Source: Octopus sinensis (taxonomy: Eukaryota). From it: a stretch of 64,000 bases of DNA. The position numbers and the translations under genes are program-made. A model generated the notes under the pieces. That model was not told the DNA's origin. It searched no databases and worked only from the letters and a program-made list of their open reading frames with translations. The stretch covers positions 42,110,464 to 42,174,463 of the forward strand of contig NC_043011.1 of the NCBI RefSeq assembly GCF_006345805.1, given 5' to 3'. How positions within the stretch are numbered: the stretch's first letter is position 1; each line of letters opens with the position of its first letter. Positions 1 through 11,910 of the stretch are shown piece after piece.

Positions 1-686
1 TATGTGTGTGTGTGTGTGTGTGTGTTTGTATTTTCTTCACGTTTATGTGCAGGTTGTAAACAGTGACCTTGCTGATGGCATCATTTACCTGCCGTCCACC
101 AGAAGAACTTGTCCAAGCTGTTTGTTGTTCGGTAGAACTGGGAGATTATTATCACATCTGGAAACAGACAGGGGTTGGCACCAAGAAAGGCTTCTTACCA
201 TGGCAAACTCTATCCCTATGTAATCTCATCTGACTGATGCAAACATGGAAACGTAGATGTTGAAACAATGATGGTGGTGGTGGTGGTGATGATGATGATG
301 ATGATGTTATGAGAAACTGAGAACAGAGTCTAAAATTAAAACAGTTTTCATATAATTTTAAAATTTCATGTGAGGAATTGTTCAGACTTTTTCAGAAATT
401 TAATCACAATGACATGCTTAATTTTCCCCATATCTGGACTTGTAATTAATTTAAGAATTAAAAAAAAAAACCCTCATACACTAAACATACAACATTCCAC
501 CGCCACCTCCGCTTGCCATCTGATTTTCATTCATTCATTTAATGCTAAAAAAAAAAAAAGGTCCTACTGTCTGCAGGTTTTAACCAAACTGTTTGAAATA
601 CGATACCTCATACGACACAAGTAGTTTTATATTCAAATACTTCTGAATAACTTGAAGGTTATTAAATGGAGATTTTATTTGTGTAT

Positions 687-726
<40 letters not shown>

Positions 727-1789
727 GGGAATTATCTGACTGGAAAAAATAAAGCAGCAGCAACAAAATAAAAGAGTCTATCAATTTTAACCAATAATCT
801 GTCAGTCACCATGAAAATAAGATAAGTTTTTGGTGACAGAAAATATACATAATATACCCATTCGCTCATAGTCACTTCCTAACTTCCTAAAAGACAGGAC
901 TTTCTCTTTCTCTCTTACCCTATCTTCCTCCTTCCCCCTCTCTCTTTCTTCTTCTCTCCCTCCCTCTGTGTGTGTGTAATCTTCTTCCGATCTAAATTCC
1001 AGAAACCCAATATGAGAAAATTTTATCAGATGTCTGGCTTTACAGCAGCTAAACACTTTAATACGCCATGCACCTAATATTATTATAACTGTTGTTATTG
1101 TTTTTGTTATTATTGACATCATCAACTCCATCACTACAACCACTATCATCATCATCATCATCATTCATGTGAATATATTTCCGCCTCCAATGTCATACTA
1201 TGCTGGAAGTGATGGCCAGGAAAGGAAGGGGTTGTTTGTCAACTCCAGTTTTCAGTTTTCTTGTTTTATGGGAAATTGGTTGAGGTGCCTGCTATCACTG
1301 TTTAACCCCAGGTTGGCTGTGACAGAGTACATCTTCGATTGAAGGCATTCTTGTCTTCTCTAGAGTATTTCCAATCTAAGAATACATTATCCCATGTCTT
1401 TCTGTTTTCAAGAAAGCAGGGAGTAATTTGAGGTTTGATTTGGTAGCTGTGTCTAGCAGATCGAGTTTCAGCACATAGACTTGTTTGGTGAACTACAGCT
1501 GGCCTTCTTAACAGAGTGTAGTTTAACAAATTAAATATATAGGACCTCTATGTTAATTGTATCAACACAGATACTTAGAAAGAAGATGTGCAACCAATAT
1601 ATTACTGGTATTTTATTGACATACAGATAAAATTTAAAAAAACAATCCTGATCTAATGAACTTTTAACCTAAAACATAAAGGAATGCAGCTAAATACTCT
1701 AGCAATGGTATTACTTCAATGCCATATACACTCCTCAATGCTTTACACCATCCTCATGTGTGTTTACATCTATTAAAATAGGATTTAAA

Positions 1790-2022
1790 GGAAGCAATTT
1801 AAACCAGCCGTGTCTCTTTTATGTTCAAACTGGCCAGATCTTGTCTCTCACACCCACCTTACAATGTCATTCTAAAAATAAACAATCTCATCATCAAAAT
1901 CTCAAAGCTATGAAATAATAGAGGTAATCCTCTATTATTTCATAGCTTTGATATTTTAATGATTCAGAGCAATGTGAATAAATAAGGATTACACTTGACA
2001 GTGTAAATGCAGAAAGGGTTAA
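1790..2022. mobile_element. Non-autonomous DNA element, TTAA/piggyBac-like right end
   Basis: Ends in AAAGGG-TTAA. The interior (ctacaatgtcattctaaaa...aatgtgaataaataag) is homologous to 11700-11910. The left terminus is not recognisable. Confidence 0.4.
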
Positions 2023-2117
2023 ACAATAAAATAACTTATGACAAGTTTAAGAAGTTGAACTTTCAATGTCTTCACACACACTCAGGTGGTGTGTGTGTTT
2101 GTGTGTGTGCACACATG

Positions 2118-2195
<78 letters not shown>

Positions 2196-2444
2196 CGTTT
2201 TAATGTCCACTTTCCTATGTTTGCATGGGTTGAAGGGAGTTTGAGGCAGATTTTCTCTTGCTGGATGCCCTTCTTGTCACCAGCCCATTTCCAAGTAGGG
2301 GAATATTTCTCCATGGCCAGAGATGTTCTTGCAGAATATTGAAAATGAATGACACTGCTTGTATGACAGTGACAATCATTTACAATTATCACATTTTATA
2401 ACACACACACACACACACACACATGACAGGCTTCTTTCAGTTTG

Positions 2445-3621
2445 AAGTGATAGCATGTTGTCAAATTAATGTGACAGTCCCATGAAAGGGAAGAATGCTA
2501 CTGTTATTTAGCCCTAGGAAACACCATTTCCTGTTGGACTTGACACATTTCCTGTGACCTTATGTTTTCAAAGTGAAGCTAAGCACCTCCACCTGGCAAA
2601 GCCAGCCTTCAGAGTCGAGTTTCAGAGTCATTGCTCATCATCAGTCTGGAGTAGCATGGCTTGCTAGCTGTTGATGCCTATCTGTCTTTGTAAACATATA
2701 TTTCAAGTGAAATGCATTCACTGATTTTTGAAAATAGAAATATAAGGACATAGGAAATGTGTAATGTCCAACAGTAGCATGTGGTGAGAATGGATGAGGA
2801 TAGCTGTGTGAAAAAGTGTCTCACCCTAGCAGTTGAGAGAACCTGTGGAAGAGGTAGACCCAGAAATACCTGGGATGAGGTGGTGAAACACGACCTTCAA
2901 ATATTAGGCCTCACCAAGGCAATAACTAGTGACCAAGACCTTTGGAAATATGCTGTTCTTGAGAAGACCCGACAAGTCAAGTGAGACCATAAACCATGGC
3001 CTATGCCAGTGGGTGTAACCAGCCCACTTATGTGTACCTTTCTTTCATTGGACACTAAACTCTGCTTGCGAAGACCTGTTGAGGCAAGTGAAATCAAAAT
3101 CAAATTCACTGATGTGGCCAATGACAGCACCGCATGACTTGCATCCATGCTAGTGGAACACTAAGAGCACCATCCGAGCATGATCGTTGCCTGTGGCACG
3201 TAAAAAGCACCATTCGTGTGTGATTGTTATCAGCGTCACCTTACTGGCACTTGTGCTGGTGACACGTGAAAAACAACATTCAAACGAGGTTGTTGCCAGT
3301 ACTGCTAGACTGGCCCTTGTGCTGGTGGTGTGTAAAAGCATCCTCTACACTCTCAGAGTGGTTGGTGTTAGGAAGAGTATCCAGCTGTAGAAACTCTGCC
3401 AGATCAGATTGGAGCCTGGTGCAGCCATCTGACTCGCCAGTCCTCAGTCAAACTGTCCAACCCATGCCAGCATGGAAAGCGGACGTTAAATAATAATGAT
3501 GAAGATGATGATGATTCTTCCTTTTCATGGGACTGTCACATTAAGTTGACAACATACTATCACTTTATCATGCTGCTACTGCATAAATCTCCCTGAGAGA
3601 TTTAGAAATGTATTACTTCTG
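2445..3621 (-). mobile_element. Penelope-like pLTR-derived element with a nested RTE insertion
   Basis: A 13-bp direct repeat TTCTTTCAGTTTG (2432-2444 and 3622-3634) interrupts a SINE fragment. There is a 52-bp inverted repeat (2445-2496 vs 3514-3565) and a decayed hammerhead-like motif at 2608-2650 on the minus strand. The interior is homologous to 9470-9750. Confidence 0.55.
2770..3513 (+). mobile_element. 5'-truncated RTE-clade LINE (ORF2 C-terminus, 3' UTR, (GAT)n tail)
   Basis: Peptide ...CGRGRPRNTWDEVVKHDLQILGLTKAITSDQDLWKYAV is typical of the RTE ORF2 end. The 3' UTR has internal repeats and ends in catggaaagcggacgttaaa(taa/gat)n. Confidence 0.85.
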
Positions 3622-3669
3622 TTCTTTCAGTTTGTCTAACAAATCCACCCACAAGGCTTTCTTTGGTTG

Positions 3670-4240
3670 ATCCAGCCAGGAAGCTGTCCAAACTCCAAAT
3701 GTCTGTTGTGGCATGGTTTCTATGACTGGATGCCCTTCACAATGTCAACCACTTTACAGAGGCACTGGGTGCTTCTTGTGTGCCACTGGCATGGGTGCGT
3801 TTACTCAGCACTAGCACAAATGCATTTTATGTGGCACTAGCACCTGTAAAGAATAAGCCTTGATGCCATAATTTTACTTTCGGGAGAATTTTAAATAATT
3901 CTTGTTTTTTGGTATAGCATATCTTGAAACACACACATAAGCTATAAACAATAGCATGCTATTCTTTGTCTTTGTGTGTGCCTTGAGATATATTTTATTT
4001 CAATGGCATGTAAAAAGCACCATTCATGCCAGTGCCACCTGACTGGCTCCCATGCTGGTGGCACATTAAAAGCACCCACTACATTCTTAGAGTGGTTAGC
4101 ATTAGGAAGGGCATCCAGCTATAGAAACCTTGCCAGATCAGATTGGAGTCTGGTGTAGCCTCCCGGCTTGCCAATCCTCAGTCAAACTGTCCAACCATGC
4201 CAGCATGGAAATCAGACGTTAAACGATGATGATGATGAAT
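3670..4240. mobile_element. RTE 3'-UTR/tail fragments (one minus at about 3670-3850, one plus at about 4005-4240)
   Basis: Both share the ggcattaggaagggcatccagc...ccatgccagcatgg motif with 2770-3513. The plus copy ends in (GAT)n. Confidence 0.7.
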
Positions 4241-4569
4241 GATTCATTGGCTCAGGAGAGGCTCTTGATGGGCCTCAAAGATGATGATAACAAACCACAC
4301 AACTCTGGGAAAACTTGGATGGTCGTTATAAGTTTCTTCCTAGTTGGTTCCCTCTTGATCCAAAAGCTTTGCTGATTATAGTGATAAAATCTATATGATT
4401 GATTTGGAAGTTTCTACAGCTACCTGGAAGATACACTGGTGCCCGAATTGTATCTGTTCAGAGACTGGTCCTGTGACCATTGACAGCTTCCCAAAGACTA
4501 GAAGCTAAGGGGACAATGTATAAAAGCAAAAACACTGCAATTTCCTTTTGTGTGCATGTGTTGATGCTG

Positions 4570-4750
4570 GTGCCATGTAAAAAGCACCGAGTACAGTCTG
4601 TAAAGTGGTTGGCATTAGGAAGGGCATCCAGTCATAGAAACCATGCCAGGACAGACAACGGACCCTGGTGCAGCCGCCAGCCTTACCAGCTCCTGTCAAA
4701 CCATCCATCCCATGCCAGCATGGTAAACAGACATTAACTGATGGTGTGTG
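4570..4750 (+). mobile_element. RTE 3'-tail fragment
   Basis: Contains ggttggcattaggaagggcatccag...ccatgccagcatgg...gacattaactgatg. Confidence 0.7.
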
Positions 4751-5160
4751 TGCAGATGTAGATGTGTGGTAAGAAGTTTGCTTCTCAGCCACATAGTTTT
4801 GTGTTCAACTCCACTGCATGACACCCTGGGCAAATGTCTACTACTATAATTCAGACCAGCCGAGGCCTTGTGAATGGATTTAGTAGATGGAAACTGAAAG
4901 AAGCCTGTTGTGTGAATATGTATCTGTGTTTGTGTTTCTTTGTCTTCACATCATGTGATAGTTGTTAACGAGTATCACCATCACACAAGCAGAGCCCTTC
5001 ATTTTCTCATCTTCTGTGAAAACATGTGACCATGGGCAAAAGTTACCTTACGTGGAAACAGGTGAGGGTTGGCAACAGAACAAGCATTAGACCATAGAAA
5101 ATCTACTTCAACAAATTCTGTCTGACCCATAGAAAAACAGACATTAATGTGATGATCACA

Positions 5161-5197
<37 letters not shown>

Positions 5198-6574
5198 TTC
5201 ATAAATAAACTGGAAAAATAATACATGATATATGTGGTTTATATATGTTTCTCACCCATTTTGTTCCCTATGGAACCCTTTGATTCCTATTTCACTCAAA
5301 TGGCCCTTCCTAGCCATTCCATGTTTACAAAAATTCCTGTTATACTTTTATTATTAAATATTATTAGAAATTGTATAAAAAAAATTAAAACATTTCGTGT
5401 ATTACACAAGTATAACCAATTTATTGCAGATAAATTTCAACAACAAAATCTTATCTAGACCCTCCTAAGGGCCATGGGGACTCCAGCTGAGAACCACTAG
5501 CTTATATGATGGTATGTTTATATTTCCAAATGAAAGAAAATGCCCTCAGTACATGATGTAAATATTTATTGAGAGTGAGGTAATTCTGTGCATTTGCACG
5601 CATGTGTGTGTGTGTGTGTGTGTGCATAGCTCAGTTGCCATGGTATTCCTGCTGACACGATCAAGAATAATTGAATAAAAACCCTTATCAAGATAAATTA
5701 AATGTATCCAAATTACTGACCTGGTTTCTTACATTAACTTGATGTTGCATTAGCATAAAGTTGTTACTTTGAGGCTTTTGCTCTTTTGCCCGGGGTATCT
5801 TTTCTTTTATCTGTGAACCTTGTATAAATGCCCATTGTTCACCAGTTAGTGTATTGCAGTTGGAACATAGCAGTGGGGAGGGAAGGGACCAAGGTGTGAT
5901 AAAGGGAAGTGGGACCCCAAATAGGTTTCCACTCGGTGGGGGATCCAAGAAGCAGGATTACAGACTCATTAGATCAGTTAAATATTTACTGTCTGCTGTA
6001 ACTCAATGTTGTTACCTACCACAAGTTAACAACTATACCACCTAGATAAACGTTTCAGACATTTCTAAATAACAGTTGTTAGGTTCCAACTGAGAAAACA
6101 GAATTGTAGGCTTTGCTAAATAAATTTAAACTGAAATCACTATAGGATGTACAGATATACACACACACAGATTTACATACATGTATATCCAAACGTACAG
6201 AGAGAGAGAGAGAGAGAGGGGGAGGGAGATTTGGTAGACCTAGATACAAATAGCTCAAATCTCTGACAGAATCCTGGAGATATTTTTCAATCTATTTTAT
6301 AATGCTTCTACCATTTCTTGTAGACTTTGGTGAATGCTGTGCTGAAAGAGATTTAGTACTTCATCTTTGGTACTGCTTTGCCAATAATTATCTTATGTAA
6401 GTCTTCCAATTGTTGATAGTAAAAACATCAGCTGAGAAAATTTTAAGTTGGAGCTACTGCAATAGCTACCAAATTTGTTTACATTATAAGCATGCATGTA
6501 TACACACACACACACACAGATGTATGTATAGATATATACACATCCTCATATGTGTGTGTCTGTCTATATGTGTG

Positions 6575-6811
6575 TATGTGTATATATATATATATGTATG
6601 TCTATATATATATATAATATATATATAGATATATGTATATATATATTATATATATATATTATATATATATATATTATATATATATGTATATATATATGTA
6701 TATATATATATATATAGTGTATATATATATGTAATATATATATATATATATGTATATATAATATATATATATGTATATATGTATATATATATTATATATA
6801 TATATATATAG

Positions 6812-6845
<34 letters not shown>

Positions 6846-6854
6846 ATATATATG

Positions 6855-6887
<33 letters not shown>

Positions 6888-6922
6888 GTATATATATATA
6901 TAGTATATATATATATAATATG

Positions 6923-6962
<40 letters not shown>

Positions 6963-6965
6963 TAG

Positions 6966-7005
<40 letters not shown>

Positions 7006-7017
7006 TATGTATATATA

Positions 7018-7050
<33 letters not shown>

Positions 7051-7108
7051 TATGTATATTATATATATATATATATATGTATATATTATATATATATATG
7101 TATATATG

Positions 7109-7144
<36 letters not shown>

Positions 7145-7245
7145 CATATATGTATATATATTATATATATATATGTATATGTATATATACATATATATAT
7201 ATGCATATATACATATATATATATGTATATATATATATATACATA
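6575..7245. repeat. Long interrupted (TA)n microsatellite; a second tract lies at 7510-7636
   Basis: Seen directly. It accounts for the spurious YI-repeat ORFs in the track. Confidence 0.95.
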
Positions 7246-7319
7246 TGTTAATAAAATAGAACATATGCATATATATAAACATATATGTACGTACCTACCT
7301 CTACATGTACATATACACG

Positions 7320-7510
7320 CATATATGTGTACAGGACACCAAAAAGACGTCGAACACATAGAGAGACGAAACACATAGACACAAACCAAGGAACAAGACA
7401 AGCAAAAAAAAGAGAGATACAGGACAATAAGCACAACGAAAAATCCCCTTCTTCAGTCGCTAAGGTTTCATCTACTAAACGTTTCGAAGGATAAAAGCGA
7501 GACGTATACT
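7320..7510. mobile_element. Penelope-like pLTR remnant embedded in (TA)n
   Basis: A-rich tract followed by cccttcttcag...cgtttcgaagg. Similar architecture at 40880-41100. Confidence 0.35.
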
Positions 7511-7608
<98 letters not shown>

Positions 7609-7789
7609 CATATATATATATATACATATATATATTGTGGTTTCAAATCCTGGATTGGATGATGTGTTATGTTGTTGAGCAAAACACTTCAATTTACATT
7701 ACCGTGTTATCACCTTGACATCTGACGTGTGGCACACTTGTGCACCTGTACAGGTAATGTTTATTTGATGGAAGTAATTTTCATCATCA

Positions 7790-7990
7790 TCATCATCATT
7801 ATCCACCAATATCCATTGTCCATACTGGTATGGGTTGGACAGTTTGAGTAGAACTGGCGAGCAGGAGAGTTGCACCAAGTTCCAGTTTGATTTGGCTTGG
7901 ATTCTACAGCTGGGTGCCCATCCTAATGCCAACCACTTTACAGTGTGTGCTGAGTGCTTTTATCATTCCACTGACACAATAAAAGCACCC
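7790..7990 (-). mobile_element. RTE 3'-tail fragment
   Basis: (CAT)n followed by the reverse complement of the RTE tail (acagctgggtgcccatcctaatgccaaccacttt). Confidence 0.7.
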
Positions 7991-8221
7991 AGCACATGGG
8001 GAACAAGCACAAATATTTGGTCACTATAAACTAATTATCTGTGCAAGTTGTTCTGCATAAAATTGCAGAACTGTCACCTGTCATTTACGACAGGGGAGAA
8101 CACAATGAATGATGTATGTATATAAATAAAGACATCCGTAATTGGTAAAGGTCACTGTTTTGGTTGTAGGCTTTTGCAGACAATTGTGAGAAAGAAGATG
8201 GGCCGGCAGTAAATGGCATTT

Positions 8222-8625
8222 TATTTTATTTTTATTTATCTTTTTTTATTTTATCTTATTTAGTTTCAGCTCACGGGTTGTGGCCATGCTGGGGCACCAC
8301 CATTTGGTGTTGCTACATGATTTTACTTCACGAATGCTTTTTAGCAATTGCCATTTGGTGCATGAGAGAGTTCGATGCAGCTGCCCTCATCTGCACCTTC
8401 TGCCGTGAAGTTGGTTCATCTGGGACACCTGACAGGAAGAGATCCAGTTTTATTTTAAAGACATCTGCATCCACCCCATGCAGGTCTCTCAGGTCCTTCG
8501 GGAGGATATTGAAGAGCTGTGGGCCTCTGAAGCCCAGGCTATCACAGTATCTTGTCCTACATCTTGATGGCAAATTTGGAGTCCTTGGCACTATGCAGTG
8601 GCGCCCAGTTCTTGGCATTTATAAA
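8222..8625 (-). mobile_element. CR1/L2-like LINE 3' end
   Basis: Peptide ...RGPQLFNILPKDLRDLHGVDADVFKIKLDLFLSGVPDEP is homologous to the C-terminus of the LINE at 42362-42952 (GPALFNIVPKEI...FKRSLDRFLQGIPDKP). It ends in an (AATAA)n-like tail. Confidence 0.85.
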
Positions 8626-8831
8626 ATAATTATACAGAAGTGAGAATAAATATGATTTAACAGAGAAAACAGAAAAACAGAAGTCCATAATAGTTCTTAG
8701 AAAGGTAGATATGCTATGGTAACAGAAAGAGAGGAGAGAATCTGAACAATTCTTTACCGATGTTTCTGTGGTTGGTTATCAGTAAGTGCAGCAAAGGGCA
8801 ATAAGTGCAGTAATGTGCATTATGTGTAAAT

Positions 8832-9180
8832 TCTTTTACTTGTTTCTGTCATTTGACTGCAGCCATGCTGGAGCATCGCCTTTAGTCGAACAAATTGACC
8901 ACAGGACTTATTCTTTGTAAGCCTAGTACATATTCTATCGGTCTCTTTTGCTAAACTACTAAGTTACGGGGACATAAACACAACAACATCAGTTGTCAAG
9001 CAATGATAGGAGGGACAAACACAGACACACAAGCATATATACACACACATATATATGACAGGCTTCTTTCAGTTTCCATCAACCAGATCCACTCACAAGG
9101 CTTTGGTTGGCCCATGTGCTACACAGTGGGACTGAACTTAGTTGGGAAGCAAGCTTCTTACCACACAGCCACGCCTGCAC
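8832..9180 (-). mobile_element. tRNA-derived CORE-like SINE family A, older CpG-decayed copy
   Basis: Aligns to the young copies (e.g. 30391-30796) with many CpG to TpG/CpA changes. Confidence 0.85.
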
Positions 9181-9452
9181 CTATATATATATATAAAGTA
9201 AACAATTGAATTATAGGTGAATTATAGTTAATATAGTTTCATTTTATAATGCTAATACGCTCATGCATTTTAGAACAACAGTAATTGTGACCACTCCCCT
9301 TGACATTTCCTCTATCCTCATACTAAACATTTTTTGTGCAATGAGACATGAACCTCAATTAAATAAATAGTTTGGAATTGTTATGAAATACTAAGAATTT
9401 AGAAAATTTCTATTTGTAAATCTCACAACGAGAGATACTCAGCAACAGTACT

Positions 9453-9752
9453 TTGGAGTAAAGGTTGTTTGCCAACATAACATGGCAGTCCTGGTTTAGG
9501 ACGAATGTTGCTGTAATTTAGCCCCAGGAGACATCGTCTCCAGCTGGCTATACGACATGATCTGTGTCCTTACATTTTTCAAACAAGGGAATCTAGCACC
9601 CCACTCAGCTCAAAACAATATCTGTGTATCACGATTTCCGGGTTAATTTCTCTTCATCAGCACAGAGTAATTGTTCAGCTAGTGGTGGCGTTGCCAAATT
9701 CCTGTTTGAAATATATAGTTTTCAAAATGACAACTAGTCACTGATCTATAAA
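9453..9752 (-). mobile_element. Penelope-like pLTR-derived insert flanked by 54-bp direct repeats
   Basis: Direct repeats at 9399-9452 and 9753-9806 (2 mismatches). The interior is homologous to 2445-2760 and contains a hammerhead-like motif. Confidence 0.55.
9621..9666 (-). ncRNA. Minimal type I hammerhead ribozyme motif with an imperfect stem II
   Basis: Minus strand reads TCTGTG-CTGATGA-AGAGAAATTAACCCG-GAAA-TCGTGAT-A-CACAGA: a 6-bp stem I, both conserved core strings, and a near-palindromic short stem III with AUA cleavage triplet. Confidence 0.55.
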
Positions 9753-11304
9753 TTAGAAAATTACTATTTGTAAATCTCACAACGAGAGATATTCAGCAAC
9801 AGTACTAACAATTTCTCGATTAGGAACAGAGAAAAGGAGAACAGTGACTGCACTAGGCACTCAATAACTGTGCTAATGATATCTGCAGCTAAAATATAGT
9901 TTTAGTTTTATCCTTTCATGAAGAAATATTGTTTTGTTGTTTAGTTTTCAAACTATTAAGTCATGCTTTTATTCTGTTTGAAACCAATGGGGTTAGTTGC
10001 ATCAATAAAGACCATTGGAAAATAGTTTATTATTCTTCTCACTGTTATATTTACTGTTAAAATACTTGTGTGTTGACTGATTATTCCCAGAACACCTTGG
10101 AGTAGCAGGGTGTTGCTTGTTTGGTATAAACCATTCACAATAATAATAACAATCCCCGTATCTTACCTCTCCTGCTTCAGTATACTATCACTGCAGGCTA
10201 CAAAAACAACACAGTGGTAATACAATGCTCCCACCGTCATCTATTTACAACAGTGAACTATCAACTTTAGAGATTACCAATCCTTCCTTCTGAATTGCAA
10301 TCTCCTGGAATCTCCTTAATTTCCCACATTTACTCTCAGCTTTACACTTTCGGGAACAACTCCTGAAGGTAATGGAAACTGTCCCTCTTCCTTGGACAAA
10401 TCATTTTAAAAAGATGGAATGAGGATCACTCTGAAGCAGAATGAATTATGTTTACTGAAGAGAGAGAGAGATGTGTATCAAATGGAAATTTAATACATAG
10501 TATTTTAAAGGTGGTGCTCCTGCTTAGCCTTGGCTGTGATGATTGAAACAAAATAAACACATACACACCATAGTTCTTTAGGTGAAGTCAACATGGGAAT
10601 AAGAGATTCCTTTACAGCTTATAATCACAGGAATTGAGTTCTGTACTCATAAGAATTCTCTGGTCTTTGTACTTGTTAGCTGAATATTTTTGACCCTTGA
10701 CCAAGGGTTAAGCAACAACAATCAAATAGTAATGTACCATATATGATGTAGAAAATATAAGGGATAAAGATCCCCTTTGGTCATGAATAACCATATGATG
10801 CACCTAGAAATTTCCCCTCTGAGAGTCCCAGAGAAACATATCAGATTTGATGCATCAGCTTAATTATGATTGTAAAGGGATTTAAGAAAATGAAAACAGC
10901 AGGAGAGTTAGAGACAACATGGATATGAGTAATGTAAACCTTGGCTTGTAGATCAAATTTAAGGGAAGTTTAGTTGTCGAAACATGTTTACACAGATGGG
11001 ACAAATATTTAAAGTTTTTCAGAGGGGAAGAGTTAATTTTTGTTTATTTGTTATTATAATGTATTTGATGTATTTTGTGGTTTAACCTCAAATTAGCCCT
11101 GATTAAAGAGATTTATGATCAAAGGCATTCCAGCCATGACAATCCCATCTTCTTTTCAGACATAGTACATCTATAACTACAATATCTCTCTATATATTTT
11201 ACCTTCCTTCAAAGATGGCTAGATGTGATTTTAAGGAAATTTGTGTGCTCTTTCTAGTAGGTTAGTTGACCACATAGTGGCTCCATCATATGCTCATTTA
11301 CATC

Positions 11305-11336
<32 letters not shown>

Positions 11337-11699
11337 TGCCAATAACCATTTCCTGGAATCAGAAATGGTAAAGATACAAATAACTGAAGGAATGGGGGTA
11401 GGGGTGGGGGCAGTCGAGTGCAGATGTTTCTCTGCAGCACCAAAATTTCCTTCAACAAACCCACTCTTCTCCCTAAATCTTAGGATATTGGAATGTTCCA
11501 AATTTAGAACAGCATACCTTGTTTTGTTTTTTTACTGGTCTCAGTCACTGGATTGCAGTCATGCTGAAGCATCCCATTTATGGTTATACATAATAATATT
11601 CACCTCAGTACTTATACATTAATACTTAGTCAAGACAGTAAACTGGCAAATCATTAGCATTTCGGACAAAATGCTTCACTCCATTTTTTCAGGCCTTTT

Positions 11700-11910
11700 A
11701 CCATTTAAACCGACCATATCTGGCCAAAATATTTGACCTGTTTTAGGGTCAAACTGACTAGATCCAGCCTTTCTAACCTACCCTACAATGTCATTCTAAA
11801 ATTAAAACAAATGACATCACTGAAATCTTGAAGCTATGAGATAAGCCATGATTAATTCAAAACAATGTGAATAAATAAGTATTAAACTGGATAAAGTAAT
11901 CTGAATGCTA
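11700..11910. mobile_element. Non-autonomous DNA element, sibling of 1790-2022
   Basis: Shares tttaaacc...caaactg...ctacaatgtcattctaaaa...aatgtgaataaataag...gaatgctaaa. Confidence 0.45.

Noticed and set aside
5688-5948. Minus-strand ORF ending at a good donor (CAG|GTCAGT)
   Set aside because: No recognisable protein similarity and no convincing acceptor.
6410-7718. Long ORFs of up to 262 aa rich in YI/IY repeats
   Set aside because: They are translations of (TA)n microsatellite with no coding signal.
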